The translations under genes and the position numbers were made by a program. The notes under the pieces were generated by a model, which ran no database searches, was not told the DNA's origin, and saw only the letters and a program-made list of their open reading frames with translations. 64,000 nt of DNA. It comes from an uncultured Gammaproteobacteria bacterium. GTDB lineage: Bacteria > Pseudomonadota > Gammaproteobacteria > Tethybacterales > Tethybacteraceae. Shown piece by piece: positions 18,181-27,571 of this stretch (positions within the stretch are counted from its first letter, which is position 1; each line of letters opens with the position of its first letter). The stretch spans positions 3,405 through 67,404 of the forward strand of contig CAZDYI010000049.1 in assembly GCA_964509765.1 (NCBI GenBank), in the 5' to 3' direction.

Positions 18181-18849
18181 TCAGTCGGCCGCGTGAAGAA
18201 GCTCCTCGCCGTCGTTCCTCGGGTTGTTGACCCGGGTCGAGACCGCGTGCCACGCAAGCGCGCGGTCGTCGGGCGAGGCGGCGGCCCCTTCAATCCGGTC
18301 CGCGTCGGCGCCGGGGTCCAGCCACTCCCTTGCTGCCTGCGGGGCGAGCGCGAGCGGCATCCTTCCGTGGATGTGCCCGATCTCGGGCCTGGCCTTCGTC
18401 GTCACGATTGCGAAGGTGGGCACTGCCCCCTCCGCCGCAGGCGCGGCATGCAGTCCTGCAAGAAGCATCGGCCTGCCGCACTCAAGGCCGATGCTCATCG
18501 GAACCTTCCCGCCGCCTTCCCGGACCTGCCACTCGTAGTAGCTGTCAACCGGGACGATGCACCGCGAGCCCTTCCAGGCTCCCTTGAAGTAACCCTTTGT
18601 AGGGGCAGTCTCGACCCTGGCGTTGATCGGGGTCGGCATCCCTTCCTTGGCCCAGGCCGGCCGGAAGCCCCAGGCCATCAGCATCGGCGCGGGTCCTCCG
18701 CCGCCGTCCGCCGCAACCCAGGCATCCTTGCTCGGGGCGACGTTCCATGACGGCTCGCGCTTCGGGAGGGAAGCCGACGGGTCCCAGCGCCCGAGCCAGT
18801 CCTCCAGCAGCTCCTGCGGATTGCTGAACTGGGCGAACCTTCCGCACAT
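18181..18849 (-). CDS. SOS response-associated peptidase (SRAP/YedK/DUF159), 222 aa
   Basis: N-terminal MCGRF (catalytic Cys2) and the HGRMPL motif. Size fits the family. Confidence 0.85.
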   Translation of the reverse strand: MCGRFAQFSNPQELLEDWLGRWDPSASLPKREPSWNVAPSKDAWVAADGGGGPAPMLMAWGFRPAWAKEGMPTPINARVETAPTKGYFKGAWKGSRCIVPVDSYYEWQVREGGGKVPMSIGLECGRPMLLAGLHAAPAAEGAVPTFAIVTTKARPEIGHIHGRMPLALAPQAAREWLDPGADADRIEGAAASPDDRALAWHAVSTRVNNPRNDGEELLHAAD

Positions 18850-19074
18850 GGCTTGTGATTATCCCAGCATCCTGGGCGGAGGCTGGGATCAGGCACCGCC
18901 CAGGCAGCCGGCCCCCGTACCGCACGGGTTTCGGCGACTGGCAACGGAGGCGTCATTTCCGTGCAGGTGTGATACGAATTCCAAGCATTGAGGCATCATT
19001 ATCCTTGGATTTGGTGATTTAAGTATTAGTGTGTTACAATTCGTCCCGTCCAACCACGTTTCCCGGAGGAGGAT

Positions 19075-20379
19075 ATGAGAAACAAGATAGTGTCGGCGGC
19101 AATCGCCGCATCCATGGCCGGCGTCGGGGCGATGCCTGCCGTCGCGGACCTGACGATCGCGACGGTCAACAACGGCCACATGATCGAGATGCAGAAGCTC
19201 ACGAAGCATTTCGAGGAGTCGACCGGCATCAAGGTCAACTGGGTGACGCTCGAGGAGGGCGTCCTCCGCCAGAGGGTCACGACCGACATCGCGACCAAGG
19301 GCGGCCAGTTCGACATCATGACGATCGGCATGTACGAGGCCCCGATCTGGGGCGCGAAGGGCTGGCTCGAGGAGCTGGACTTCGGCTCGTCCTACGACGT
19401 CAACGACATCCTGCCCGCGATGCGCGGCGGCCTGTCGGCCAACGGCAAGCTCTACGCCGCGCCGTTCTACGGCGAGAGCTCGATGATCATGTACCGCAAG
19501 GACCTGGTTGACAAGGCAGGCATGAGCATGCCCGACAACCCGTCCTGGGGCCACGTCCGCGACGTAGCCCAGGCGATCAGCGAGCAGAACCCCGGCGTGT
19601 TCGGCGTGTGCCTGCGCGGCAAGCCCGGCTGGGGCGACAACATGGCGTTCATCACCACGGTGGCGAACTCCTTCGGCGCGCGCTGGTTCGACGAGAACTG
19701 GATGCCCCAGCTCGACTCCCCGGCGTGGCACCACGCGGTCAGCTTCTACGTTGACCTGCTTGGCACCTACGGCCCGCCGGGATCGAGCTCGAACAGCTTC
19801 AACGAGATCCTCGCGCTGTTCAACGAGGGCAAGTGCGGGATGTGGATCGACGCGACCATCGCGGCGTCCTTCATCACCGACCCGGGCCAGAGCAAGGTAG
19901 CCGACAAGGTCGCCTTCGCGCAGTCCCCGATCGCGGTGACCAAGCGCGGCGCGAACTGGCTGTGGGCGTGGGCGCTTGCCGTTCCGGCCGGCTCCCAGCA
20001 GGTGGACGACGCCAAGAGGTTCATCGAGTGGGCGACCTCGAAGGACTACATCGAGCTTGTGGCCGAAAACAACGGCTGGGGCAACGTCCCGACCGGAACC
20101 CGCGACAGCACCTACAAGAACTCCAACTTCAGGAGCGCCGCGGTGTTTGCCGAGGCCGAGCTCAAGGCGATCCTCTCGGCCGACCCGAGCAACTCGACCC
20201 TGGACCCGACGCCGTACACCGGCGTGCAGTTCGCCTCGATCCCCGAGTTCCAGGCGATCGGCATCGCCGTGGGCCAGCAGATGAGCGCGGCGCTTGCCGG
20301 GAACATCTCGGTCGAGGAGGCTCTCGAGAAGTCGCAGGACGCGGCCGACAGGGAGATGCGCAAGGCAGGCTACTACTGA
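19075..20379 (+). CDS. Polyol (sorbitol/mannitol-type) ABC substrate-binding protein, 434 aa
   Basis: GGAGGAGGA lies upstream and a signal peptide is present. It sits in an operon with two CUT1 permeases, an AraC regulator, a mannitol 2-dehydrogenase and an MsiK-like ATPase. Confidence 0.8.
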   Translation: MRNKIVSAAIAASMAGVGAMPAVADLTIATVNNGHMIEMQKLTKHFEESTGIKVNWVTLEEGVLRQRVTTDIATKGGQFDIMTIGMYEAPIWGAKGWLEELDFGSSYDVNDILPAMRGGLSANGKLYAAPFYGESSMIMYRKDLVDKAGMSMPDNPSWGHVRDVAQAISEQNPGVFGVCLRGKPGWGDNMAFITTVANSFGARWFDENWMPQLDSPAWHHAVSFYVDLLGTYGPPGSSSNSFNEILALFNEGKCGMWIDATIAASFITDPGQSKVADKVAFAQSPIAVTKRGANWLWAWALAVPAGSQQVDDAKRFIEWATSKDYIELVAENNGWGNVPTGTRDSTYKNSNFRSAAVFAEAELKAILSADPSNSTLDPTPYTGVQFASIPEFQAIGIAVGQQMSAALAGNISVEEALEKSQDAADREMRKAGYY

Positions 20380-20410
20380 CCCAAGGCGCAAGCCGGCGGT
20401 CACAGCCAAA

Positions 20411-20446
20411 GGGGGCCGGCAAGAAGTTGCCGGCCCCCTTTTTTTT
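20411..20446 (+). terminator. Strong intrinsic terminator/attenuator after the binding-protein gene
   Basis: A 12-bp perfect stem GGGGGCCGGCAA / TTGCCGGCCCCC with loop GAAG is followed by T8. Confidence 0.8.
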
Positions 20447-20502
20447 GGCGTAGGATAACAGCCTGAGAGGGCGCGGGTCGAAGGGAGCGACACAGCAATC
20501 GA

Positions 20503-21363
20503 ATGAAGAAGCCGCTGTCACGGCTGCTGCAGGCGCCGAGCGTCGCCATGCTGCTCGTGTGGATGCTAGTCCCGCTGTCGATGACGCTGTACTTCTCGCT
20601 GCAGCGCTACAACCTGCTCTACCCGGACAGGAGCGGCTTCGCCGGCGGGTCCAACTTCGAGTTCTTCGTCACCGACACCGCGTTCGGGCCGGCGCTTCTC
20701 AACACCCTGCTCTTGGTCGGGACGATCCTCGTGTTCACGGTCGTTGCCGGGGTGGCGCTGGCCGTGATGGTCGACCGGGCCTTTCCCGGCCGGGGGATAG
20801 TCAGGGTGCTGATCATCTCGCCGTTCTTCGTCATGCCGACGGTCAACGCCCTGCTGTGGAAGAACATGTTCATGAACCCGGTGTACGGCCTGTTCGCCGT
20901 TCTCGCGGCCGCGGTCGGGATCGAGCCCCTCGACTGGCTTGCGGAGGCGCCGCTGCTTTCGCTGGTGATCATGCTCAGCTGGCAGTGGACGCCGTTCGCG
21001 TTCCTGATCTTCATCACCGCGATGCAGTCGATGGACGCCGGGCAGATAGAGGCGGCCAAGCTCGACGGCGCGGGCGCCTGGCACCGCTTCGTCTACCTGA
21101 CCCTTCCGCACCTCGCCCGGCCGATCGCGGTCGTGGTGATGATCCAGACGATCTTCCACCTGTCGATCTTCGCCGAGATCTTCGTGACGACGGGAGGGGG
21201 TCCGGGTCACGACTCAACGAACCTCGCGTTCATGATCTTCTCCCAGGCTCTGCTGCAGTTCGACGCCGGCGTCGCGTCGGCCGGCGGCGTGCTCGCGATC
21301 GTGCTTGCGAACCTGGTCGCCTTCTTCCTGATCCGCCTCGTCGGGCGGACGCTGGTGGTCTGA
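20503..21363 (+). CDS. Sugar/polyol ABC permease (SmoF/MtlF-like), 286 aa
   Basis: 6-TM CUT1 permease profile and operon context. Confidence 0.85.
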   Translation: MKKPLSRLLQAPSVAMLLVWMLVPLSMTLYFSLQRYNLLYPDRSGFAGGSNFEFFVTDTAFGPALLNTLLLVGTILVFTVVAGVALAVMVDRAFPGRGIVRVLIISPFFVMPTVNALLWKNMFMNPVYGLFAVLAAAVGIEPLDWLAEAPLLSLVIMLSWQWTPFAFLIFITAMQSMDAGQIEAAKLDGAGAWHRFVYLTLPHLARPIAVVVMIQTIFHLSIFAEIFVTTGGGPGHDSTNLAFMIFSQALLQFDAGVASAGGVLAIVLANLVAFFLIRLVGRTLVV

Positions 21364-21367
21364 AGAG

Positions 21368-22198
21368 ATGTCGATGCGCCGCCGGAGGAAGGTCGAGACC
21401 GCGGCGATCGCGGTCGTCGCCTGGACCGTCGGGATCCTCTACTTCTTCCCGCTGCTGTGGGTGTTCCTGACGAGCCTCAAGACGGAGCTGCAGGCGATCG
21501 CGGTCCCGCCGCTGTTCGTCTTCAAGCCCACGCTCGAGAACTTCGCACTGGTGCAGGAGCGCAGCGACTACCTCACCTACGCGGTCAACTCGGTCGTGAC
21601 CTCCTTCGGCGGAACGCTTCTCGCGATGTCCGTCGCGATACCGTGCGCGTATGCAATGGCGTACGCGCCGACGGACAAGACCAAGAGCGTCTTGCTGTGG
21701 ATGCTCTCGACCAAGATGCTCCCTGCGGTCGGCGTGCTCATGCCGATCTACCTGATCGCGCAGAAGCTCGACCTGCTCGACACCCGGATCGTGCTTGTGG
21801 TCATCTTCGCGCTGATCAACCTGCCGATAATCGTCTGGATGCTCTTTTCCTACTTCCGCGACATCCCCAGGGAGATCCTCGAGGCGAGCAGGCTCGACGG
21901 CGCGAGGACCCTCGACGTCATCCGCCACGTTATCGTGCCTCTTGCGTGGGGCGGGATCACCTCCACCGCGCTGCTGAGCATCGTCCTGTGCTGGAACGAG
22001 GCCTTCTGGTCGATCAACCTAACCGCCTCCGACGCCGGCACGCTCACCGCGCTCGTCGCCTCGTACTCGAGTCCCGAGGGACTGTTCTGGGCGAAGCTCT
22101 CGGCGGTCTCGGTCCTGTCGTGCGCGCCGATCGTCGTCTTCGGATGGTTCTGCCAGAAGCAGCTCGTTCAGGGCCTCACCTTCGGGGCCGTCAAGTGA
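21368..22198 (+). CDS. Sugar/polyol ABC permease (SmoG/MtlG-like), 276 aa
   Basis: 6-TM CUT1 permease profile and operon context. Confidence 0.85.
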   Translation: MSMRRRRKVETAAIAVVAWTVGILYFFPLLWVFLTSLKTELQAIAVPPLFVFKPTLENFALVQERSDYLTYAVNSVVTSFGGTLLAMSVAIPCAYAMAYAPTDKTKSVLLWMLSTKMLPAVGVLMPIYLIAQKLDLLDTRIVLVVIFALINLPIIVWMLFSYFRDIPREILEASRLDGARTLDVIRHVIVPLAWGGITSTALLSIVLCWNEAFWSINLTASDAGTLTALVASYSSPEGLFWAKLSAVSVLSCAPIVVFGWFCQKQLVQGLTFGAVK

Positions 22199-22235
22199 CG
22201 GGCGCGCTGCCCGCTGCGGGCGGGCGGGAAAGCCG

Positions 22236-23138
22236 GTGATGTCGGTGCTCGCGCCGGAGCTCGAGGTTGTCGACACCTCCGGGTCCAGCCTTCGCTACCT
22301 CGAGCACGGCTGGCCCACGAAGCTGTGCCGCTGGCACTGCCACGAGGAGTGCGAGCTCCACCTCGTCCTCGAGTCCTCAGGCAAGGCGCTCATCGGCGAC
22401 CACATCGGCCGGTTCAGCCCCGGCCAGCTCTTCCTCACGGGACCGATGCTGCCGCACAACTGGGTGTCGACCTCCAAGGGCCGCATCGAGATCCCGGTGC
22501 GCGACATGCTCGTCCAGTTCGCTCGAGGGACGCTGACGCGGGCGGCGGACGCGATTCCGGAGTTCGGGCAGTTCGAGGAGCTGTTCGACATGTCTGAGCG
22601 CGGCATCGAGTTCGTCGGCTTCGACCCCGGCGAGGCCAAGGGCCGCCTTGAGTCGATCCGCGACGCAAGCGGGCTTCAGCGCCTCTCGAACTTCCTGGGG
22701 TTCCTGATCCGGCTCCGCAATTGGCCGGACAAGCGCCTGCTGTCGTCGGTGAGGCTCGCGCCGAAGGGCAACGGCGACGCTCACGACAGGATCGGCAGGG
22801 TGGTCGACCACGTGGTGGGACACTTCGACGGCGAGCTGGACGCGACATCCATGGCGCAGATAGCCGGCATGAACCGCAAGACGTTCTCGAACCAGTTCCG
22901 CATCCAGACCGGCAACCGCTTCAAGGACTTCGTCAACCGCGTCCGGGTCGGGCAGGCATGCGTGCTGCTGCTCGAGAGCAACCTGCAGATCTCCGCCGTC
23001 GGCCAGGAGGTCGGGTACCGGAACATGGCCAACTTCAACCGCAACTTCCTGCGCTACGTCGGGATGTCCCCGAGCGAGTTCCGCCGCGCGAGGTACCTAG
23101 ACGGCGGCCTCGCGGGATCGAACGGGGCGCAGGGTTGA
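22236..23138 (+). CDS. AraC-family transcriptional regulator (cupin-like N-domain + HTH), 300 aa
   Basis: The C-terminus has a dual HTH (ISAVGQEVGYRNMANFNRNFLRYVGMSPSEFR). The gene is embedded in the polyol operon, as with MtlR-type activators. Confidence 0.8.
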   Translation: MMSVLAPELEVVDTSGSSLRYLEHGWPTKLCRWHCHEECELHLVLESSGKALIGDHIGRFSPGQLFLTGPMLPHNWVSTSKGRIEIPVRDMLVQFARGTLTRAADAIPEFGQFEELFDMSERGIEFVGFDPGEAKGRLESIRDASGLQRLSNFLGFLIRLRNWPDKRLLSSVRLAPKGNGDAHDRIGRVVDHVVGHFDGELDATSMAQIAGMNRKTFSNQFRIQTGNRFKDFVNRVRVGQACVLLLESNLQISAVGQEVGYRNMANFNRNFLRYVGMSPSEFRRARYLDGGLAGSNGAQG

Positions 23139-24571
23139 GCGGCGCGCCGCCGCTTCAGCGGCCGGGATACGACCCGGCCGACAGGACGCCGGGGATCGCC
23201 CACGTCGGCGTCGGAAACTTCCACCGCGCCCACCAGGCGGTGTACGTCGACGACCTGCTGTCCGACGCCGCCTGCGCCGGCTGGGGGATTTCGGGGATCA
23301 ACCTCGTCCCCGTCGGCGGCGCGCTGCTCGACGGGCTGCGCCGGCGCGGGATGCGCTACGTCCTCAAGACCGTATCGCCCGAAAGCGAGGTCAGGTACCG
23401 CGAGGTCGCCTCGATCCTCGACTGCGTTGACGCGACGGATGACCCCGGCGCGGCCGCGGCGCGGATTGCCGACGCGAAGACGAGGCTGGTCACCCTGACT
23501 GTGACTGGGGCGGGCTACCACCTGGCGTCGGGCGGAGAGCTCGACCTTTCCGCTCCTGCGGTCGCCGCCGACGTCGCCGGCGGCAGCTCGACGATCTACG
23601 GCTTGCTGCGCGACGGACTCAAGGCGCGGATGTCTGGCTGCTCTGAGCCGATCGCGGTGCTGAGCTGCGACAACCTGCGCGGCAACGGCCGCCTGCTCAG
23701 GGCGGCGACGGAGCGCTTTCTCGAGGAGGCGGGCGAAGGCGGCCTGAAGTCGTGGATGGCAGACAGCGCCTCGTTCCCCTGCTCGATGGTCGACCGCATC
23801 ACCCCGGTCACGCCCGAAGGCCTGTCGGGGGAGGTCGCCGCGGCGTTCGGAATCGAGGGCGACCCCTCGCTGATGGCCGAGGACTACATCCAGTGGGTGA
23901 TCGAGGACGACTTCGCCGGCGGCAGGCCGCCGCTCGAGGACGTCGGAGTCACCCTGACCGGCGACGTGCTCACACACGAGGAGGTCAAGATAAGGGTCCT
24001 CAACGCGGGGCACTCGGCTGTCGGCTACGTCTCCGCGCTGCGGGGCCACGAGTTCGTCTGGCAGGCGATGCGCGACGAGGCGGTGGCGTCGTTCCTTGAC
24101 GGCTTCGAGCGAGAGGAGGTCCTGCCCGGGCTCGGCAGCGCCGCGGACATAGACGTCGCGGGCTACTACGAGACGACCAAGGCGCGCTTTGCCAACCCGA
24201 ACCTCGATGATACCGTAGCCCGCATCTGCAGGCGCGGGACATCGAAGGTCCCCGAGTTCCTCGGCCCGACGATCAGGGCCTCCTACGAGGGCGGCAGGGT
24301 CCCGGCACGCGCCCTCACTGTCGTTGCCTCGTGGTACGAGGTCATGCGCCGATGCGCCGCGGGCAACTGCCCGATCAAGTACGAGGACTCCGGGTGGGAC
24401 GGGGTCAGGCACCACCTGTCGCCCGGCGGCGAGGAGGGCTTCGCGCGCGACGCGCGGCTGTGGGACGGGCTCCCGGAAAGGCACGCAGGCTTCGCGGGGG
24501 ACCTCGTCTCTAGGATAATTGAGGTCAGGAGTTCCGGCGGGGCCGGCCCCCTCGGCGGCAATTCCGGCTGA
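23135..24571 (+). CDS. mtlK: Mannitol 2-dehydrogenase (long-chain mannitol dehydrogenase family), ~478 aa
   Basis: N-terminal GIAHVGVGNFHRAHQAVYVDD motif. The only start candidate upstream of this motif is TTG 23135, which overlaps the AraC stop (TTGA). Confidence 0.8.
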   Translation: MSGAPPLQRPGYDPADRTPGIAHVGVGNFHRAHQAVYVDDLLSDAACAGWGISGINLVPVGGALLDGLRRRGMRYVLKTVSPESEVRYREVASILDCVDATDDPGAAAARIADAKTRLVTLTVTGAGYHLASGGELDLSAPAVAADVAGGSSTIYGLLRDGLKARMSGCSEPIAVLSCDNLRGNGRLLRAATERFLEEAGEGGLKSWMADSASFPCSMVDRITPVTPEGLSGEVAAAFGIEGDPSLMAEDYIQWVIEDDFAGGRPPLEDVGVTLTGDVLTHEEVKIRVLNAGHSAVGYVSALRGHEFVWQAMRDEAVASFLDGFEREEVLPGLGSAADIDVAGYYETTKARFANPNLDDTVARICRRGTSKVPEFLGPTIRASYEGGRVPARALTVVASWYEVMRRCAAGNCPIKYEDSGWDGVRHHLSPGGEEGFARDARLWDGLPERHAGFAGDLVSRIIEVRSSGGAGPLGGNSG

Positions 24572-24590
24572 CTGAACGGAGAGGAAAAAG

Positions 24591-25613
24591 ATGGCAAGCG
24601 TGGTTCTCGAGAAGATCAACAAGCACTACGGGGACGTGCACGCCCTCAGGGACATATCGCTGTCGATCGACGACGGCCAGTTCGTGGTGTTCGTCGGCCC
24701 GTCCGGCTGCGGCAAGTCGACCCTGCTGCGCACGATCGCAGGCCTCGAGGAGTGCAGCTCGGGCACCGTCAGCATCGGCGAGCGCGACGTCACCGACCTC
24801 GAGCCGTCGGACCGCGACGTCGCGATGGTGTTCCAGACCTACTCGCTGTACCCGCACATGACCGTGCGGCAGAACATGGAGTTCGGCCTGAAGGTCTCAG
24901 GCGCCAAGAAGGAGTTCCGCGACGGGCGGGTCGCCGAGGCGGCGCGGATACTCCAGCTCGAGGAGTACCTCGAGCGCAAGCCGGCGCAGCTCTCCGGCGG
25001 GCAGCGCCAGCGCGTCGCGATCGGCAGGGCGATAGTCAAGCACCCGAAGGTGTTCCTGTTCGACGAGCCGCTGTCGAACCTCGACGCGAAGCTGCGGGTC
25101 AGGATGCGCGTCGAGATCGAGGCGCTGCACAAGCAGCTCGGCGCGACGATGGTCTACGTAACCCACGACCAGGTCGAGGCGATGACGATGGCCGAGAAGA
25201 TCGTCATACTCAACGGCGGCGAGGTCGAGCAGGTCGGCTCGCCGCTAGAGCTCTACAACAGGCCGAGGACCGAGTTCGTAGCGGGCTTCATCGGCTCGCC
25301 GGAGATGAACATCTTCAATGCCGGCGAGCTGCCGACGCAGGAGGGGCTAGCGGTCAAGCCGGAGGCGAGCCGCGTCGGGGTCCGGCCTGAGCACATCGAG
25401 ACCGTTGCCAAGGGATCGGGCCTGTTCGACGCCTACGTCAGGGTCAAGGAGAGCCTCGGCAGCGAGAACTACCTGTACCTGGACGCGCCCAACGGGCTGA
25501 AGCTGATCGCGAAGACCGACGGGACCGACGGGACCGCGGCCGAATCCGACGTCGGCATCAGGATTCCGCCGGAGCGCCTTTACCAGTTCGGCAAGGACGA
25601 GGCTACGCTCTAG
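24591..25613 (+). CDS. Sugar/polyol ABC ATP-binding protein (MsiK/SmoK type), 340 aa
   Basis: Walker A GPSGCGKST, signature LSGGQRQRVAIGRA, Walker B FLFDEPLSNLD. Confidence 0.9.
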   Translation: MASVVLEKINKHYGDVHALRDISLSIDDGQFVVFVGPSGCGKSTLLRTIAGLEECSSGTVSIGERDVTDLEPSDRDVAMVFQTYSLYPHMTVRQNMEFGLKVSGAKKEFRDGRVAEAARILQLEEYLERKPAQLSGGQRQRVAIGRAIVKHPKVFLFDEPLSNLDAKLRVRMRVEIEALHKQLGATMVYVTHDQVEAMTMAEKIVILNGGEVEQVGSPLELYNRPRTEFVAGFIGSPEMNIFNAGELPTQEGLAVKPEASRVGVRPEHIETVAKGSGLFDAYVRVKESLGSENYLYLDAPNGLKLIAKTDGTDGTAAESDVGIRIPPERLYQFGKDEATL

Positions 25614-25652
25614 CGGGCCCCGGAACTTAAGCCGGCCGCACTGCCGGCGGCC

Positions 25653-27077
25653 TCATCCGGCCTGTTCGCCCTCCAGGCCGTCCATGCCGAGCGACAGGCA
25701 GTACTGCGACGTCGGAAGGAAGGTCACGTTGCTGTCCTTCGAGTCGTGGTAGACGGACTTCGTCGTGCAGAACACGCCCTCGAAGCCGCGCGCCTTCCTC
25801 AGCGTGCGGTGGAAGTGCTCGAGGTTGCCCTTTGCCCTGTCCAGGCTGCCGGTGTTGTCCGACCACTTGACCTCTGCGAGGCGGGTGACCTCGCGCGCGG
25901 CGTTGGTGTGGACCAGGTCGACCTCGCGCTCCCTGCCGCTGTCCGTCAGCCGGCAGTAGCGCACCGGCGGGGCGGCGCCGGGGTCGCCCTCGACCGGCGG
26001 GGCCTGGCACTGCGAGATGACCGTGGCCTCGATCCTGTGTCCCGCGGCGCTTCCCGAAAGCGAGGCCCTTTCCGAGAAGGCCCTGTGCATCGCCGGGCTC
26101 TCGAGCACGTACTTGTAGGGGTAGCGGTCGCCGCCGCGCCCGGCGTCGAAGTTGGTGACCTGCCTTACAAGGAAGGCCGCCTTGAGGAACTCCAGGTACT
26201 TGTTTATGGTCGGCCTCGTAATCCCGGTGTTCTTCGCAAGCTTGTCGAGCGCGATCTCCTGCGCCTCGTTTTTCGCGATGTGCCTCAGCACCGGGAGCAT
26301 GCGGTGCCCGGCGCTGATCCCGTAGTCGGCGGCGTGCTTCGTGAACAGGTCGTCGTCGAGGATGTTCAGCCCGAAGTCCCTGTCCCTCGAGAACCCGGCG
26401 TCGAACGCGGGCTCCGGGTAGCAGCCGAAGTTGATGTAGTCGACGAACAGCTCGTTGAGCCTGGCGACGTCGTCGCTGCCGAGCCTTTCGGTCCGGGCCT
26501 CGGCCGCCGTGCCTGGCAGCCTCCCGTTCCAGTCCTCGCGCACAAGGCAGAACTCGTGGAAGCTCAGCGGCGACAGCCTGAGCTGCAGGAGCCTTCGCCT
26601 GCGGCCTTCGCTGCCCTGTCGCTTGAGCGCCGGCGCGATCGAGCAGGCCGCGACGATCCTGATTCCCTTCCTGCCGCCTGCGATCCGCGCGAGGTCCCCC
26701 TGCCAGTCCTCGCAGTTCTGGATCTCGTCTAGGACGACCAGGCAGGGCCTGCCCGCCCCGGAGCCGGCCCGGAACTTGCGCGCGAGCGTCGAGGGGCGGA
26801 CTCCCGACAGCAGCGCGGCCTCCATGTTCGCGTAGCAAACGTTCCCCGGGCCGAAGGCGCCGCCCGACACGGCCTCGCCGATGAGCTGCTTGAGCATCAC
26901 GGTCTTGCCCACCTTCCTCATGCCCTGCAGGACCACGGGCTGCCCGGCCCCGGGCCCGAGCGCCAGCCGGGCGAACCGCGCGTACGGCTGCCTCCGCGCG
27001 AGGGCGCGCTCCGGCGGGGCGGCCTCGCTGCGCCACCACGGGTTCTCCTCCGCGAGCCGCGGGATCTCGATGTCCAT
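25653..27077 (-). CDS. AAA+ ATPase / wHTH / PD-(D/E)xK nuclease-like protein (COG1373 type), paralog P3, 474 aa
   Basis: NPWW, Walker A GMRKVGKT, Walker B LVVLDEIQ, RIEAT...REVDLV...AEVKWSD. Codon usage is host-like and G/C-rich, unlike P1, P2, P4 and P5. Confidence 0.8.
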   Translation of the reverse strand: MDIEIPRLAEENPWWRSEAAPPERALARRQPYARFARLALGPGAGQPVVLQGMRKVGKTVMLKQLIGEAVSGGAFGPGNVCYANMEAALLSGVRPSTLARKFRAGSGAGRPCLVVLDEIQNCEDWQGDLARIAGGRKGIRIVAACSIAPALKRQGSEGRRRRLLQLRLSPLSFHEFCLVREDWNGRLPGTAAEARTERLGSDDVARLNELFVDYINFGCYPEPAFDAGFSRDRDFGLNILDDDLFTKHAADYGISAGHRMLPVLRHIAKNEAQEIALDKLAKNTGITRPTINKYLEFLKAAFLVRQVTNFDAGRGGDRYPYKYVLESPAMHRAFSERASLSGSAAGHRIEATVISQCQAPPVEGDPGAAPPVRYCRLTDSGREREVDLVHTNAAREVTRLAEVKWSDNTGSLDRAKGNLEHFHRTLRKARGFEGVFCTTKSVYHDSKDSNVTFLPTSQYCLSLGMDGLEGEQAG

Positions 27078-27106
27078 CAGGGCAGGGGCGGCCGGGCTTG
27101 AGGCCG

Positions 27107-27451
27107 TCAGCAGCAGTCCTCCTCGCGCTTGGGAACGACGCCGTAGTCGAAGTCGTCGTTGACGACGGCCATCAGGTTCCGCGCGGCGTAGTCGAGGACG
27201 TCGAGCCAGACGAGCGCGTCGAACTTCTCGTTGACCGAGATGGTTTCCGACATGTCGCGCTTCGCGAGCTTGCCGTTGACCGTCTTGAGGACGTCGTTGA
27301 TGTCCTTGCGGAGCCGCTCCCTCTGGGCGTCCCCCAGCGTGTCGATCCGCTCGGTGGCGATGCTCCGCCTCGGCCCGCGCGTTGCGATGGCCCCGAGCGC
27401 CTCCTCGCGGCGGGCGAGGACCCGTTCCTGCTTGCCGTCGTCCGTGTTCAT
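27107..27451 (-). CDS. Hypothetical 114-aa charged protein co-oriented immediately upstream of P3
   Basis: GAGGAG lies 10 nt upstream of ATG 27451 and third positions are G/C-rich. It has no His residues and ends in EEDCC. I recognise no family. Confidence 0.6.
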   Translation of the reverse strand: MNTDDGKQERVLARREEALGAIATRGPRRSIATERIDTLGDAQRERLRKDINDVLKTVNGKLAKRDMSETISVNEKFDALVWLDVLDYAARNLMAVVNDDFDYGVVPKREEDCC

Positions 27452-27516
27452 CTGTCGTTCGCTCCTCGCCTCATTCGGGATCCGGGCTGCCGAAATCCCG
27501 AAAAGGGCGGTGTAGC

Positions 27517-27546
27517 ATGCTAGCACGGCATGCGGGCGGATTTCAA
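27517..27546 (-). promoter_or_regulatory. Putative promoter TTGAAA-N18-TAGCAT for the small gene and P3
   Basis: On the minus strand, TTGAAA (27546-27541) and TAGCAT (27522-27517). The -10 sits inside the palindrome TAGCATGCTA. The ~59-nt leader contains the hairpin TTCGGGAT-N13-ATCCCGAA. Confidence 0.4.
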
Positions 27547-27571
27547 GCGGAAGCCGTGTCCCGCGCGAACT

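Noticed and set aside
18871-18904. The hairpin CCTGGGCGG-N16-CCGCCCAGG in the divergent SRAP/polyol-operon intergenic region, considered as a LexA/SOS box or riboswitch.
   Set aside because: It does not resemble known LexA boxes (no TCGAAC/GTTCGA or CTGT-N8-ACAG). It is too short and generic for a riboswitch call. It may be a simple structural element.
27098-27523. A plus-strand 141-aa ORF antisense to the small gene upstream of P3.
   Set aside because: It has Val/Asp/Arg/Leu-rich shadow-frame composition, the wrong GC3 phase and no SD. The minus-strand ORF has a GAGGAG SD and sensible composition.
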